Shown: positions 49,711-62,585 of the stretch, piece after piece
Numbering within the stretch: position 1 is the stretch's first letter
Layout: each line of letters starts with the position of its first letter
From: Octopus vulgaris
Taxonomy: Eukaryota
Assembly: GCA_951406725.2 (NCBI GenBank)
Contig: OX597823.1
Span: forward strand, 26,102,001 to 26,166,000
DNA: 64,000 bases
Reading direction: 5' to 3'
Position numbers and translations under genes: made by a program
Notes under the pieces: generated by a model
Databases searched by the model: none
Told to the model about the DNA's origin: nothing
Seen by the model: only the letters and a program-made list of their open reading frames with translations

Positions 49711-51504
49711 TAATGATGAAAATGTTAGTTATTTTTACCAAATGTTTCCCAACACAATTATTTTCAAAATATTTGAAATCTATCAAAAGTGCATTTTGTA
49801 AATGTGGTCCCAAGAGTGTTAAACACAGTAAATTATAGACAGTGACAAAATAGTTCTGGGTATTTAGTTCACTGTTCTACCAATCTGACACTGTACCACC
49901 TGCTAAATTATTATAGAAAGAGTTTCTGTCTTCACTTGACTGATCTGATATTAATATGGAGGAAAAGGAAAGAATGACTGTAATAAAAATGGTCTTTTAA
50001 TCAGTGGCTGAAGGCTTTGAACAGCAAGTTGCCCAAGGCTGACAGCTACTTTTGAAGCTTTTCAGGAGGAAATACACACATAACATCTGTTCTTGTGTGA
50101 CCAGTGAACTCAAACAAGGTCATGTTGAGTGACTGACTGCTTGGGAAACCAGGTGCTGTGAATATTTTGTGTTGTATGTGTGTAGCCTAACTATCTGCTT
50201 AGTTGACTGCTTGGAGATGGTTGCAGTGGGATAACCTTACACTTTAATAATCCATCCATTCTCATTCTCTGTCTCTCTCTCTATCTCTGTCTTTTCCTTT
50301 CAGATTCTTTCCCTTCTTCTGTGATGATTACTTCTCCGGTTCTTCTTTGCTTCACCAACCAGCCTGCCATCTATCTATCCACTCATCAGGCTAGGTTGCC
50401 AACTCACTAAGCAGCTAGCCAGTCAACCAAGCTAGCTAAGACACCACTTCATACAATCACAACCAACACTTACTGGCAGGCGAACATTCCACGAGGGAGC
50501 CTGTATGTGGTCACACAGCCTGTTAGAAGTAGCAGCTAAATCTTTTTCAAATCACATCCCAAACATCTTCAAAAAAAGAAAGGATGCTCTAGATAACGTA
50601 GCCCTCCTAGATGTCTGGGGGATGGAGAGGAAAGAAAAGAAAGAAGCTGGAATACTTTTGATCATGGGTCTGCTTTATTAGGGTTGACCTAGGGCTAAAC
50701 AGCAACTGTTATATAGCGTATCAGTTGCCTTTTTAGCACCAGACTAGCCCTGAGTAAGTTGACCTATGATCAATATATATATATATACTATCTGATGCTC
50801 AAATCTCTTTAAATCTAATTAGCACACTAAAATAGGACATCAGTTAAACAAGTCAAAATACATAGTTGTTAGTTAGAAATTAACATTTTTGAAGTAAAAT
50901 CTGTTGGATGGATGTACTCAGAAATTGAACTCTCCATCAGGTTATCTCATACTTTTTTTTCCCTCTATCACATAGACCCTCCCCATTGCTGGTGGAACAA
51001 ATGAATGAATGAATGAATGAATGAAAGAATGAAAGGATGAAAGAATAACTGTCTGCTTGAGAAAACCAGGTGTTATTATATGAATACTGCTGTTTGGCTG
51101 AGGCTGAAGCTGTTTTGGCTGTTTGGTTGTTTGAACCGACTGCCTACCTGCTTAGTGACTGCATTAACAGTGGGAGAAAAAGAGGCTGTGGGTGTAAAAG
51201 ATTGTTGTAGTAACAATAATTACACAAAAAAGAGGGAAGTGAATAGATTTCAGAACAGTGGATCATTCTATCTATTCCCTCTACTTTCTAAAGAGCAAAT
51301 AGACAAATAAATGAATATTTTTTTTTTAAATCATCCAAATTTTAGCAGTAATAGTTACAGTAGTTTATATATGAATTTCCAAAGTTAAACTAAATGGCCT
51401 CATTTAAAAAAAAAAGTAAATAAAATAGAATTATCATAAAAAAAAATTCAAAATACTAATAAGTGGTGTAAAACTAACTCAGGAAATTGAAAATATTGAT
51501 TTGT

Positions 51505-52880
51505 AGCCATACAACACAAGGCCACATATTTAGGGAGTGGGTTTGTTCAGTCATTTAAATCGATCTTGACTGGTAAAGTGTTTTAAGAGCCCTGAAAGGA
51601 TGACAGACAAAGTTGACCTCAACAGGAGTTGAACTTAGAATGTAAAGGGCTGTAATTATAAATATTGAGAGGTATTTTATCTGCAACCCAAACTTTTCTG
51701 GCAAACCACTTATTGAAAATACCGATTTCTAACCATAAAAACTTGTGTTCTAGATGAATGCTACTTAAATTTACTGGCTTTGGAAAGATGAAAGATAAAG
51801 TTGACTTGAGTATTATTTGAGCTTAAAACATGAAGAAACTCATCTAAATATCATGAGGGAATATCTTTACCTTCAATGCTCCACTGATTCTTCCTTATGC
51901 CACACTTTCAAAATTGAACATTTGATATAGAACAGCCATAATGTTTTGAGACTCTTAAGTATTTCAAATTTTTTCATAACAAATTAAAAAGTTTTGGCTT
52001 TATTTAACTAACCCCCCATACTCCTCCTGGTCCCTAGTTTACTTCTTTCAGGTAGGGAGTTGCTAGAAACATTAGAACTAAATGGCCATTGCGGTTGCTG
52101 TTGCAGATTTTTTTCCCTCAATCTTTTTACTCAGGGGTGTGGGGGAGGCAGTGTGGAGGGGAGAGGAAGGCATTATCATACTAGAGATCTGACTTGAATA
52201 CTTAAAACACAGTGAACTTTATAAAAAGCACACAAGGTGCTAGGTGGTAGTGTTAGACCAAATTATGAATCAAATCTACCATCAAAGTAGGCCATGGTAG
52301 GATTTGAACTCAGAATGCAAAAGTCTAGAACAGAGACTGCAAGGAATCTGGTCCAATGTTCTTATATGTTCATCAGTCCTATGTCCTACATTGCTATTTT
52401 TTAATTGGTCTCAAAAGGATAAACGGCAATGTTATCTTGGCAGGACTTGAATTCATAAAGATTCAGAACAAACATTGATTACATCAACCCCAGTGTTCAA
52501 CTGGTTCTTATCTTAAATCAACCTTCATGGAATTTGAACTCAGAACATAAGATGGATGAAATGCTGCTAAACATTTTGCTTGGCATGCTAACAATCCTGC
52601 CAATTCACTGCCTTAGTCAGAACAAATATTATGAAACATTCTACTTGATTATCTAACAACTTTGCCAGTTCCCAGCCTGAGTAGAGTATGATGAAATGCA
52701 TTTTCAGTTCTGTTTTCTTTATCTTTTACTCAGGGAAGAAAGCAGGACCCATGATCTGTTACAGAGTCTCCAAGACTGGTGGGAAGAGGGAGGAAGGCAT
52801 CCATAAAACCTGGCTTCAATGAGTTAAGTAGGCCATGGCAGAATTTGAACTCAAAATGCAAATAACTGGAACAAAACAAT
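51505..52880 (-). mobile_element. Cluster of decayed Meta-type SINE copies
   Basis: Repeated GAATTTGAACTCAGAA / AAAGTTGACC motifs near 51610, 51800, 52300, 52530 and 52840. Confidence 0.65.
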
Positions 52881-53134
52881 CTTACAGCTCCACCTATTAA
52901 TCACTTAGTATCGGTATTATCTAATATTTGTTTATGTCTAAGACTACAGTTCCAAAATTTTCCCTTTTAAAAACGGTAGAGTAATATTTGAAAGAGACTT
53001 GGCTGCTATTTCTAGCAGGTTTCTAATAAATATTTAGAGGTTCCAGAGCTAAACAGTAGAACTTGCAGTCTCCATACACCAAGTTAAATTTCTTATTAGA
53101 ATCAATTTTGCATTTCTTCTTTCTATTGGGTGCT

Positions 53135-53660
53135 GGTGTTGTTTGACCCCCAGCTCAGTCCTGATCCAACAGACTGATGATGAAATAAGCTCCATCCATG
53201 ACCACTCAGTCATTTTCTAAACAGTTTAAGATCACATTATCCAAGGAGTCCTATTTTGTTTTTCAGTCTCAGGTCAGACCTAGGCCAGCTGACCTGTAAT
53301 GAAAAGTGTTTCAACCATGACCACCCTTTCTTTTGTTAACACAGTTTATCTACAGCTTAATTATCTCATGTGTCCTTCCTTGTTGTTGTTGTTGTTTAGT
53401 TCCAGGTCAGTCCTGATCGGCCAAAAAAAGAAAAGGACTGTCCTATTCTTTTTACAGATATAACTTTGCTATAAATAATGTGTTCTTCCTTCAGGTTGTT
53501 TAACCCCTGGTCAATTTTGATTCAACAGACCTGACCATCATGAACTTTTTCCAGACATAATGTGCCTGGGACAACCTTATCTAATACGTCCTTCTATTTT
53601 TTGTAGTAGAAAGTGATTTTGAGGGAGATATGGCTGCTATTTATTGCAGGTCAAATGAAA
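53135..53660 (-). repeat. Diverged tandem array of the (CAA)n-tailed repeat's 3' module
   Basis: Four TTGTTT...CAGGTCAG.CCTGAT...ATTATC units starting near 53135, 53256, 53385 and 53495. Confidence 0.6.
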
Positions 53661-54965
53661 ACATAAAGTCTTTTGTTGGTTATGAAAACATAAAGTCTTT
53701 TGTTAACTACCAGTAATATGCTGGGATTGATTCAATCATTTTTATACCCATCCTTGAAAAAGGTAAAAAATAATAATAAAGGTTTATATCAGTAAGACAT
53801 GTCCCCCAACAAACTTTCTCTTTGTTATTTTATCCCAGTACTCTTATTCTTACAGGTTTTCTGTCTCTAACACAAAACATGTTGATACATGAATTGTTTG
53901 TAACCAGTTTTTATCAAAATGGGTACATGAATTGATTGTGCATACAGTACACATGAGCATACACACACACTCTTTCTCTCTCTCTCACACACACACACAC
54001 ACAAACATTGCTGTTCCTGCCTCATCTGCCCCACCCCCAACCACTCCATCATTGTACTGCATTATTCTGTCACTGTAACTAATGAAAGCATAACCCATTG
54101 CTACATAATATCATTACCCTTTCTGTAGCTACTAGTCATCCTTCTCTCTCCCCTAAGCCATTTGCTACTAGCCTCCATCTCTCATTCTCATCACTGTACC
54201 CAACCATACCTTCACCCACCACGACTACCTTCACTCACTATTTACCTGTGACCACCACCACCTACCCACCCTTGTTTCTACCCATCACTTGCTCCTCTCC
54301 CCAGCTCTAGTAATCTTTACTCACCCTATCTGATCTTTCTGTCACCATGCTCTCTTCTGTTCACCTTAAAGGTATGCTCTGGCTCTTCATCACCATCATA
54401 CTTATCTCTCTTTCTATTACCACTTCACTCCACCACCTACCCACCCATGGGTGGAGTAGTAGCCCCACACCCCCGCCCACCAACTGCCTTTACTCCTACT
54501 GAACTGATCATACTGTCCTCCTTATCACTCACTTATTCACTCTCACTAATCCCTGACACTACTCATTTTCTTTCCCTTCTCTTATTCCCTTGCTTGTCAG
54601 TGTCTCTGTTAGTTTCTCCACTAAAACCATCCAACAATAATAAACCTGTTCCTTCCATTGTACTTTAACTTCTTAACATCTTGCTTAAAGCCTTTGTTCT
54701 TTCTCCTATGGGAGCTCTTTGCCATGGGAGCTCTTTAGTTTTGTGAGTTACAAGGTGACCTCACAAGTATTGTTTCCATGAAAAAAAAAGCATTCAGTAA
54801 ACTCTATAAAATGGTTGGCATTAGGGCATTAGGAAGGCATCCAACAATATTATTCATGCCAAAATTGGGGCATTGGAACAAGATGACATCTGCCAACCTA
54901 CTGGATCTTGTTAACCCATTCAACAACCACTACCAACATGGAAAGCAGATGTAAAATTATGATGA

Positions 54966-54991
<26 letters not shown>

Positions 54992-55005
<14 letters not shown>

Positions 55006-55326
55006 AAATGAAGAAAATGCTGACAAATAATTGAAGTAATTTAAGTAATTTAATTAGGTGAAAGTTCTTTTTACCGGTTGCGCATTTGTTATGCTTATCA
55101 AAATATAAAAGAGAGATTAGAGTTCCTTTCTTATAGAATTTTTCCTCTTATTTTTCCTCTTATCAGATAAGAGGAAAAATTCTATAAGAAAGGAACTCTA
55201 ATCTCTCTTTTATATTTTGATAAGCATAACAAATGCGCAACCGGTAAAAAGAACTTTCACCTAATTAAATTACTTAAATTACTTCAATTATTTGTCAGCA
55301 TTTTCTTCATTTCCTTTTTTATATAT
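54992..55326. repeat. 160-bp inverted repeat (no mismatch seen by eye) within (TA)n; probable PLE pseudo-LTR foldback
   Basis: Arms 54992-55151 and 55167-55326, with a 15-nt spacer that duplicates the arm end. Confidence 0.92.
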
Positions 55327-55355
55327 CACCACTCGTGTTCGACATCTCCTTTTTT

Positions 55356-55400
<45 letters not shown>

Positions 55401-55679
55401 CTTGATAGAAATATTTTTGATTTTATCCAGTTTCCATCTACCAAATGCATTCACAAGATTTTAGCTAGTCCAAGTATATAAAAGAAGATGCTTGCCCAAA
55501 GTATCACACAATGGGACTGAATTGAAAACCATGTGATTGAGAAGTGAAATTCCGAACCATATAGCCATAACTTTAACTGTACACACACACACACACACAA
55601 TTGTGCATGCACACGCATGTGTATGTATATAAAGTGAGAAAGGGTTGGGCAATATCATCTACCTCACCCTCTCATCCCT

Positions 55680-56130
55680 TCATATCTGATTCCAGTGGCA
55701 AGACAAAGTCAAGACAACAAAAGATAGGTCAGAATGCAGTGGAGGCTGCAGTGTCCTTCGTGTCTCACTGTGCCCCGTTTGTACTCCACAACACTTGCTG
55801 GTCCACTTCGCTCCATGTTGAATCAATCTGGTGGTTTCCACTGCACAATCTGCTGACCCCAGTCTTCATATGCATAGTTAAACAAGTTCTAGCTCACCAT
55901 GGATTGAAAGCCATTGGATATTCTCACCATAGGTCAGCTGACTTGAACCACAGGTGTAAGCTGAGGACCAAAGTAGGCTAACTACTCTGAAGAGCATTGC
56001 ATGTTCCTCCATCAGAGGTACAACCCAACCCAAAGGACTAATTAACTGATGCCTATGGATTTCCCTCAGAAGAAAGTGCCATGCTACCATCATCAGTGCA
56101 TACACCTTCTCCATGACTACAACCACAACA
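55680..56130 (-). mobile_element. Decayed RTE LINE 3' fragment
   Basis: The minus strand contains HQLISPLGWVVPLMEEHA and GKPPD*FNME-like segments resembling the RTE RRLRWLGHV / GRP region. Confidence 0.45.
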
Positions 56131-56441
56131 GTCATCTACTGCTGGACACTATGCAGCACATGACCTGCTGATTATCAACAGTGTTTAACCTACCCAACCA
56201 CAAAAAGACAAATCAATATCCCAGTATGAAGTACAGATGAGAGAAGCAGTATCAAACTCCCTCGTACATCAAATAGGGCAACAGCCACAGTAAAAGCACA
56301 TGTAGGAATGGTGCTATAATATCCCACCACCATGAAGAAACCAACTGAATAAGAAAGTAGTGAAAAAGGTTCAAAATCATGGTGGTGCTCCAACACAGCT
56401 CTACCCACATGGCTGAAAAGAAAAAGAAAATTAAAGAAAAA

Positions 56442-56443
<2 letters not shown>

Positions 56444-56488
<45 letters not shown>

Positions 56489-56539
56489 CATAGATACGTA
56501 CGTACATACATACATACATACATACATACATACATACAT

Positions 56540-56584
<45 letters not shown>

Positions 56585-56598
56585 TAAAGATATAGATA
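56444..56598. repeat. (TA)n(TACA)n(GACA)n compound microsatellite
   Basis: Read directly. Confidence 0.95.
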
Positions 56599-56599
56599 T

Positions 56600-56889
56600 A
56601 TTGGGTTGGCAACTAAGTTCTTACTGTTTTTTTAAATTTAAATTTTTTAAAAGGTTTAATAAAAAATAACAACTAATTAATCAATAATGTATTCACCCTT
56701 ATTGTTTACAACTTATTCCCAATGTTTAACAAGGTTTTCAACACCTGTTGGTAGAAATCACCCGATTTCGAATAAAAAAATTGATCCAACCAAGCTCTCA
56801 ATTCTGCATTATTGAACGAAACTCCGCACATAGTATTTGAAAGAGATTGAAAGAGGTGGAAATCTGTTGGTGCCAAATGAGGAAAAATT
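56600..56889 (-). mobile_element. Mariner 3' end (inverted)
   Basis: TA followed by the TTGGGTTGGCAACTAAGTTC TIR. The minus strand reads PHLAPTDFHLFQSLSN. Confidence 0.85.
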
Positions 56890-56891
56890 AT

Positions 56892-57495
56892 TGGGTTGGC
56901 AACTAAGTTCCTGCCGTTTTTTAAAATTTTGGAATTTATTGCGTTTTTAAATTTTGGAATCTATTTTTCTCGAGAATTCTTTTTCTGAATCATTTTGGAA
57001 TCTATTTTGTTTTTTTTTCTAGTTAATTTTAGTTAATTTTTGTTTATTTTCAGATCATTAAAATGGAATGTCAAGTTAAGAAAAATGAGCATTTTCAACA
57101 CCTCTTTCTTTTTGCTTTTAATCAAGGTTCTAAGGCCGCAAAAGCTGCTTGCAACATTTGTGCTGTGTATGGAGAGGGTGCCATAGCTGAGAGAACCACT
57201 CGTGATTGCTATGCCAAGTTCAAAAATGGAAATTTTGACCTCAAAGACGCACCTCGTTCTGGCCGTCCAGTTGAGTTCAATGAAGAGCAAATAAACCAAC
57301 TTTTGGACGAAAATTCTCGTCAGACAACAAGGGAACTGGCAGAGAAAATGGAATGCTCCCACACTAGTATAGAGAAGTATCTTCACTCAATGGAAAGGTT
57401 CAGAAGTATGGAGCATGGGTTCCGCATGCTTTAAGTGACAACAACAAAAATCAATGAGCCACAATCTCTGCTGGTTTGCTTGCTTGTCACCTCTC
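56892..57495 (+). mobile_element. Mariner 5' half with transposase N-terminus (57063 onward)
   Basis: Same TIR after TA. The ORF reads HFQHLFLFAFNQG...DLKDAPRSGRP...TTRELAEKM, followed by a frameshifted WVPHAL; truncated at a microsatellite. Confidence 0.9.
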
Positions 57496-57499
57496 AACT

Positions 57500-57822
57500 C
57501 ATGTATGTATATGTATAGGTGTGTATGTGTGTGTGTGCGTGGGTTGTGTGTGTGCATAGGTTGTGTGTGTAGGGGTTTGTAGTGTTTGTGTAGGCGTAAT
57601 GTGCATGCGTGTGTTTGTGTGTGTGTGTGCTTACGTGCGTGTGTGCGTGTATGTGCATGTGTTTGTGCCCATGTGTGTATAATTGTGTGCGTGTCTGTAT
57701 GTGTATTGTTTGTTGGAGGTATATGTGCGAACCTGTGATATATATATATATATGCAGGAATGTGTGTGTGTATGTGTATGTGTCTGTATCTGTGTGTATA
57801 CACATACACACACACATATATC
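57500..57822. repeat. Degenerate (TG)n/(TA)n microsatellite
   Basis: Read directly. Confidence 0.93.
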
Positions 57823-58279
57823 TAAAACAATAAAAAATTTGGGGAGTAAAAGACACCACTACTGAATAGAAAGTACTCAATCTCAATATGGAATGTATGT
57901 AGAGTGAAAGGGTTTTTTATTGATAAAATTGACATTTCTGGGTTCATTGTGCTGTTTGATACATGAAACAAAGATGAAATGTGAATGAACTCAGCTAAAA
58001 TAGTAACTGAATCAAATTCAAAACAAACCAAAACAACTCTAATGGTTAAACATGTCAATGTGAAATTAACATCGATGGATTTACAGCTGTTAATAATGGT
58101 GAATATGAACATGAAATAAATATATAAATGGAATAACAAGAAGATACTTGCTGATATAAACATGCATACACTGATATAAGCCATTGTAAGCTATGTTGAG
58201 GATGATCAGGTTGTAAAGTTTTTATGACTTAAATTTTCTGTGAACTGCCATCACCACCCTCCTACTCCTCCTCTTTCTC

Positions 58280-58712
58280 ATCATCATCATCATCACCACC
58301 ACCACCACTATCATCATCATAAAACATTCACTTTTCCATGCTTGCATCATAGGCCAAACAGAATCCATTGAGAAGGTTTTCTAAGGACAGATGTCATTCC
58401 TGTTGGCAAGCCTCATGTGTTTCCAAGTAAAGTAACATTTTCCTCACAGTCGGACATATTTTTCATAGAAAACTGGAAATGAACAACATTGTTTATATGA
58501 CAGTGATGCTCATTTACAACCATCATGGGATGTCAAGGCAAGGGTGCACACATACATATACTCAATGGGTTTCTTTCAATTTCTGTCTGCCAAATCCACA
58601 GGGCACTGGTTGGCCCTGGGCTGTAGTAGAAGAGACTTGCCCAAGATAATGCATAGTGGGAATGAACCTGAGACAACATGGTTGGGAAGCAAGCTTTTCA
58701 CCCACACAGCCA
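58280..58712 (-). mobile_element. Composite CORE-type SINE
   Basis: Reverse complement of the 20829 type with a (CAT)n tail. Confidence 0.75.
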
Positions 58713-59227
58713 CATTTAAATGCAGCTCTGAATATTTTCTGAATGGCAGCTGAGTAATGGGGTATTAGCAAAATCAATACAATAAGCCCTCTCTAGTGCA
58801 AAGATTACAAACTTATTATTCCTTTGTTCTGATTCAGTTCTATACTGAATTATATTATACATTGAATTATCCTTTAATGATTAAATTTATGAAGCTAAAA
58901 AAGTTTGTTTGCTTCTGTTGTGGTTCTTGAAGGAATTAGTGTACAAATAAATTCTTGACTTAAATGGTTCTGAGGTCATACAAATATAAGCTTTTGTGTT
59001 GATATTGGTTCAACTAAATGTAAAAACATAATATCTTTGGCAATGCAGTTAGATTATATAGAGAAATTGCATAGGTTGGTGTTGTACTGGTTAATGGTTT
59101 TTGTTATGTGTGTTGGTTAATTCTAGAGGTGTTATGATATGCTAAATTACACTTAAATTTTGAAATAGTTGAATACAAAAGTTTGTTAGTATCTTTATTA
59201 AAGATCTGTTGATATTTGTAACTTAAG

Positions 59228-59432
59228 GGCAAACTGACAGAATTGTTAGCATATGGGGTGAAATGCTTAGTGTCATTTCATCTGTCTTCTCGTTCTGAGT
59301 TCAAATACTGCCAAGATCAACTATGCCGTTCATCCTTTTGGGGTTAATCAGTATCAATTAAGTACTGGGGGTCGATGTAGTTGACTTACCCCCTAGCCCA
59401 AAATTGCTGGCCTTGTGCCAAAATTTAAAATT
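59228..59432 (+). mobile_element. tRNA-derived Meta-type SINE nested in the PLE
   Basis: Family homology to 23513. Confidence 0.85.
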
Positions 59433-59632
59433 GATATTTATAGTTTAAGGAGAAATATTTCTTTAGGAATTTAAAGTTTTGAGCCAAGAGTGTAATACTG
59501 AGCAGAGCTGAGTACAAGGTTATGCTTCTTTTCCTGCTTTTGTTTTTATTGGAGTTGGAGGTAGGGGTTACTGTGCAATAGATTTTATCCTTAAAGCCTC
59601 TTCTGGCTACGTCTTTATTGTAATATTTGGGA

Positions 59633-60143
59633 TCATCATCATCATCATCATCGTTTAGCGTCCGTTTTCCATGCTAGCATGGGTTGGACGGTTCTACTGG
59701 GGTCTGTGAAGCCAGAAGGCTTCATCAGGCCCAGTCAAATCTGGCAGTGTTTCTACGGCTGGATGCTCTTCCTAACGCCAACCACTCCGTGAGTGTAGTG
59801 GGTGCTTTTTACGTGCCACTGGCACAGGTGCCAGACAGAGCTGGCAAACGGCCACGAACGGATGGTGCTTTTTATGTGCCACTGGCACGAGGGCCAGGCG
59901 AGGCTGGCAACGGACACGAAACGGGGCGGTGCTGGCAACGGTCGCGAAACGGAAGGTTCTCTTACATGCCACCGGCACTGGTAACACATCTGCAATTTCC
60001 ATTGATCGATTTCCATTCTGATCCTCACTTGCCTCAACGGGTCTTCACAAGTAGAGTTTCGACATGCCACCGGCACAGGTAACACACCTGCAATTTCCAT
60101 TGATCGATTTCGATTCTGATCCTCACTTGCCTCAACAGGTCTT
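59633..60143 (-). mobile_element. Young RTE-associated SINE-like element with internal duplications
   Basis: CpG-rich copy of the 45365 family; the segment at about 59965-60045 is repeated at about 60062-60142. Confidence 0.8.
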
Positions 60144-61311
60144 GAAAAATATTTTCATTAGCTGTTTGGGATGTGATTGTTAATATGATGTCCACAAGCA
60201 GTTAGAATGTCTATGCTATAATATAGCATTTCATTAGGATTGTGGTATAAGAAATGAAAAGAACTGGGGAAATCCAGGGTAACATCCAGATAACTGACTT
60301 TTGTGGGATGAATTGCAATGATTGTTTGGAGTCTAAGTCTTTAAAGAAGTAGCAGAGATTGTTTCTGAATCTATCAGCGTGGGTTGACATTATTTAGAAT
60401 TTAAAGTACATCATCTCAATAAAGACTGTCAGGAAAGCAGGTTTTTATTTTATGCAGTATGTAGAGGACCCCACCAAGGTTGCTATTTTCAGTAGAGTCC
60501 AGGATACCCACACTAACATTGAAGGATTTGTTTGTTAAATTTCTAATTGATCCATAAGTTACTGTTTCATTTCACAACCAATTTTCAGGCATGTATAATA
60601 ATTACATTTTCTCTTTCTGTGATGTCGGCAATGGATTTAGCATAATTAATGGCATTAGTTAATATGAGTAGCACTCTGATGTGCAGCAGTCACAAATGTC
60701 AAACTGGAAAAGTTTGCATCCATTTTATTGGAAATTGCCTTAAAACCATTTAATTACTTCCACTTTAAAATTCCAAAGAAATAAAGGTGAAACCTCTCTT
60801 ACTTCAGGGATCACGTTATCAAGGACATGTTTATTGATCCAGCCTATATTGGTTTTTGTAGGGTTGATTAGTCTAATTGTTGGGTTGAGGCTGAGTTCTA
60901 TCTTATAAACTATACACATAAAGAAAAATCCTTTGGGTGAAAGGAGTTTGATGTGGTCATTGATTAGAAGTTCAGAAGTTATCTGCTCCTACCCCTCCAG
61001 TCATTAAGGAAGTTCCAATCATTTTTTTTTATTGTAGATACTACTAATGGAACTGAGGATAAATTTCTTGTATATCTTACAATGTATTTGACAATGATAT
61101 TTTAGTTTATTTAATTTGATGAAGAAATCATATAATTTTTTTTGCTTTGATAATTTCTGGCTTTATTTTGAGCCATTATTAAAAGCCTGGTGTATGTATC
61201 ATCAAGGCAAACTTGAAACTCCTTCTTCATTGTCTAAGGTTTCAGCTTCATAGAGGAGAATGCTTTTTTACATATACTCTGAAGAAGACAAACCTTATTG
61301 ACCTAGAAATA

Positions 61312-62585
61312 TTAGGTTGTCAAGAAAGTTCTTGCCGTTTTTAACCTTTAAATTCAGATGCACATATCTTGGCTCAAACAAAACTTTATTAATTGAAATA
61401 AAACCATCAGAATCAACACACTTTTGCCAACACGAAACAAATTTATTTATGCCAGTAGCATAAAAATCCTGTGTTCTGGTGGCGATGAAGTTGTTGAAGG
61501 TGTGTTTGGCATCGTCTTGGTTTTTAAAGCATTTCTCATGCAGGAAGTTGTCAAGATGCTTGAAAAAGTGGTAGTCGGTAGACAAGAGGTCTGGTGAGTT
61601 TGGCAGATGAGATAGAGTTTTGTAGCCCAATTCGTTCAACTTCTGCAGGGTCAGTTGTGTGACGTGTGGTCAAACGTCGTGGAGAAGAATTGGTCCTTTT
61701 CTGTTGACCAATGCTGACTGTTGTTGTTGGAGTTTCTAATGCATTTCATCCATTTGGTGACAGTACTTCTCCACCGTAATGGTTTTGCCTGGATCCAAAA
61801 AGCTGTGATGGATGAAACTGGCTGCAGACCACCAAACAGTCACCATGACCTTCTTTTGGTGGAACTTTGGCTTCGGGAAGTGTTGTGGAGCTTCGTTGGC
61901 ATCCAACCACTGAGCAGAGCATTGCCAGTTGTTGTAAAGAATCCACTTTTCATCGCAAGTCACAATCTGGTCGAGAAATAGGTCGTTTTGTTGCGTAAAA
62001 GAAGAGAAGACAACTCTTCAAAACAGCATATTTTTTTTGGTGTTGTCATTCAATTCATGCAGTACCAATTTCTCAAGTATTTTTGTTTTTCCAATCTCTT
62101 TCAAGCAGTTGGAAATTGTCATCTAATTCAGAAGCAAGCTCTCAAACAGTTGTGTGTGGATTGGCTTTGACTAAGGCTCTTAGTTGATCGTTGTCAACAT
62201 CCGATGGCCAGCTACTACACTTATCATCTTCAAGACTCTCGTCACTGCTACAAAATTTCTTGAACCACCATTGTGCTGTACATTCATTAGTGGTTCCTGG
62301 GCCAAATGCATCGATGATATCGTGAGCTGTTTCAGCAGTTTTTCGATCTAGCTTAAACTGGAATAAGAAAATTGTGCAAATTTGCTTTTTGTCCATGTTG
62401 TATTCAACATTCTGGAAAAAATAGCCTAATTATTCAAAAAGAGAAAGAGTAACATGATTAGATAGAGTGAAAAATGGGCTTTAAAATTATATATAAAGTC
62501 AAAGTAATTTAATGAAAATTAATTTGAAAATACACCATTTAAAACCAAAATTAAAAATTCCACAAGAACTTTCTTGAAAACCTAA
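61312..62585 (-). mobile_element. Full-length Tc1/mariner transposon (decayed)
   Basis: TIRs TTAGGTTGTCAAGAAAGTTCTTG / CAAGAACTTTCTTGAAAACCTAA, with a TA TSD on both sides. Confidence 0.95.
61390..62396 (-). pseudogene. Mariner transposase pseudogene
   Basis: Reads [36 protein letters not shown] and NSPDLLSTDYHFFKHLDNF; broken by frameshifts. Confidence 0.93.

Larger units (their letters stand above)
58750..61305 (-). mobile_element. Decayed Penelope-like element (RT and GIY-YIG) interrupted by SINEs
   Basis: The minus strand reads NPTIRLINPTKTNIGWINKHVLD...VIKWF, FQFDI and NAINYAKSI at 60600-60900. It reads KAYICMTSEPFKSRI...SFKN...VCNLCTRE at 58790-58995. Confidence 0.75.
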
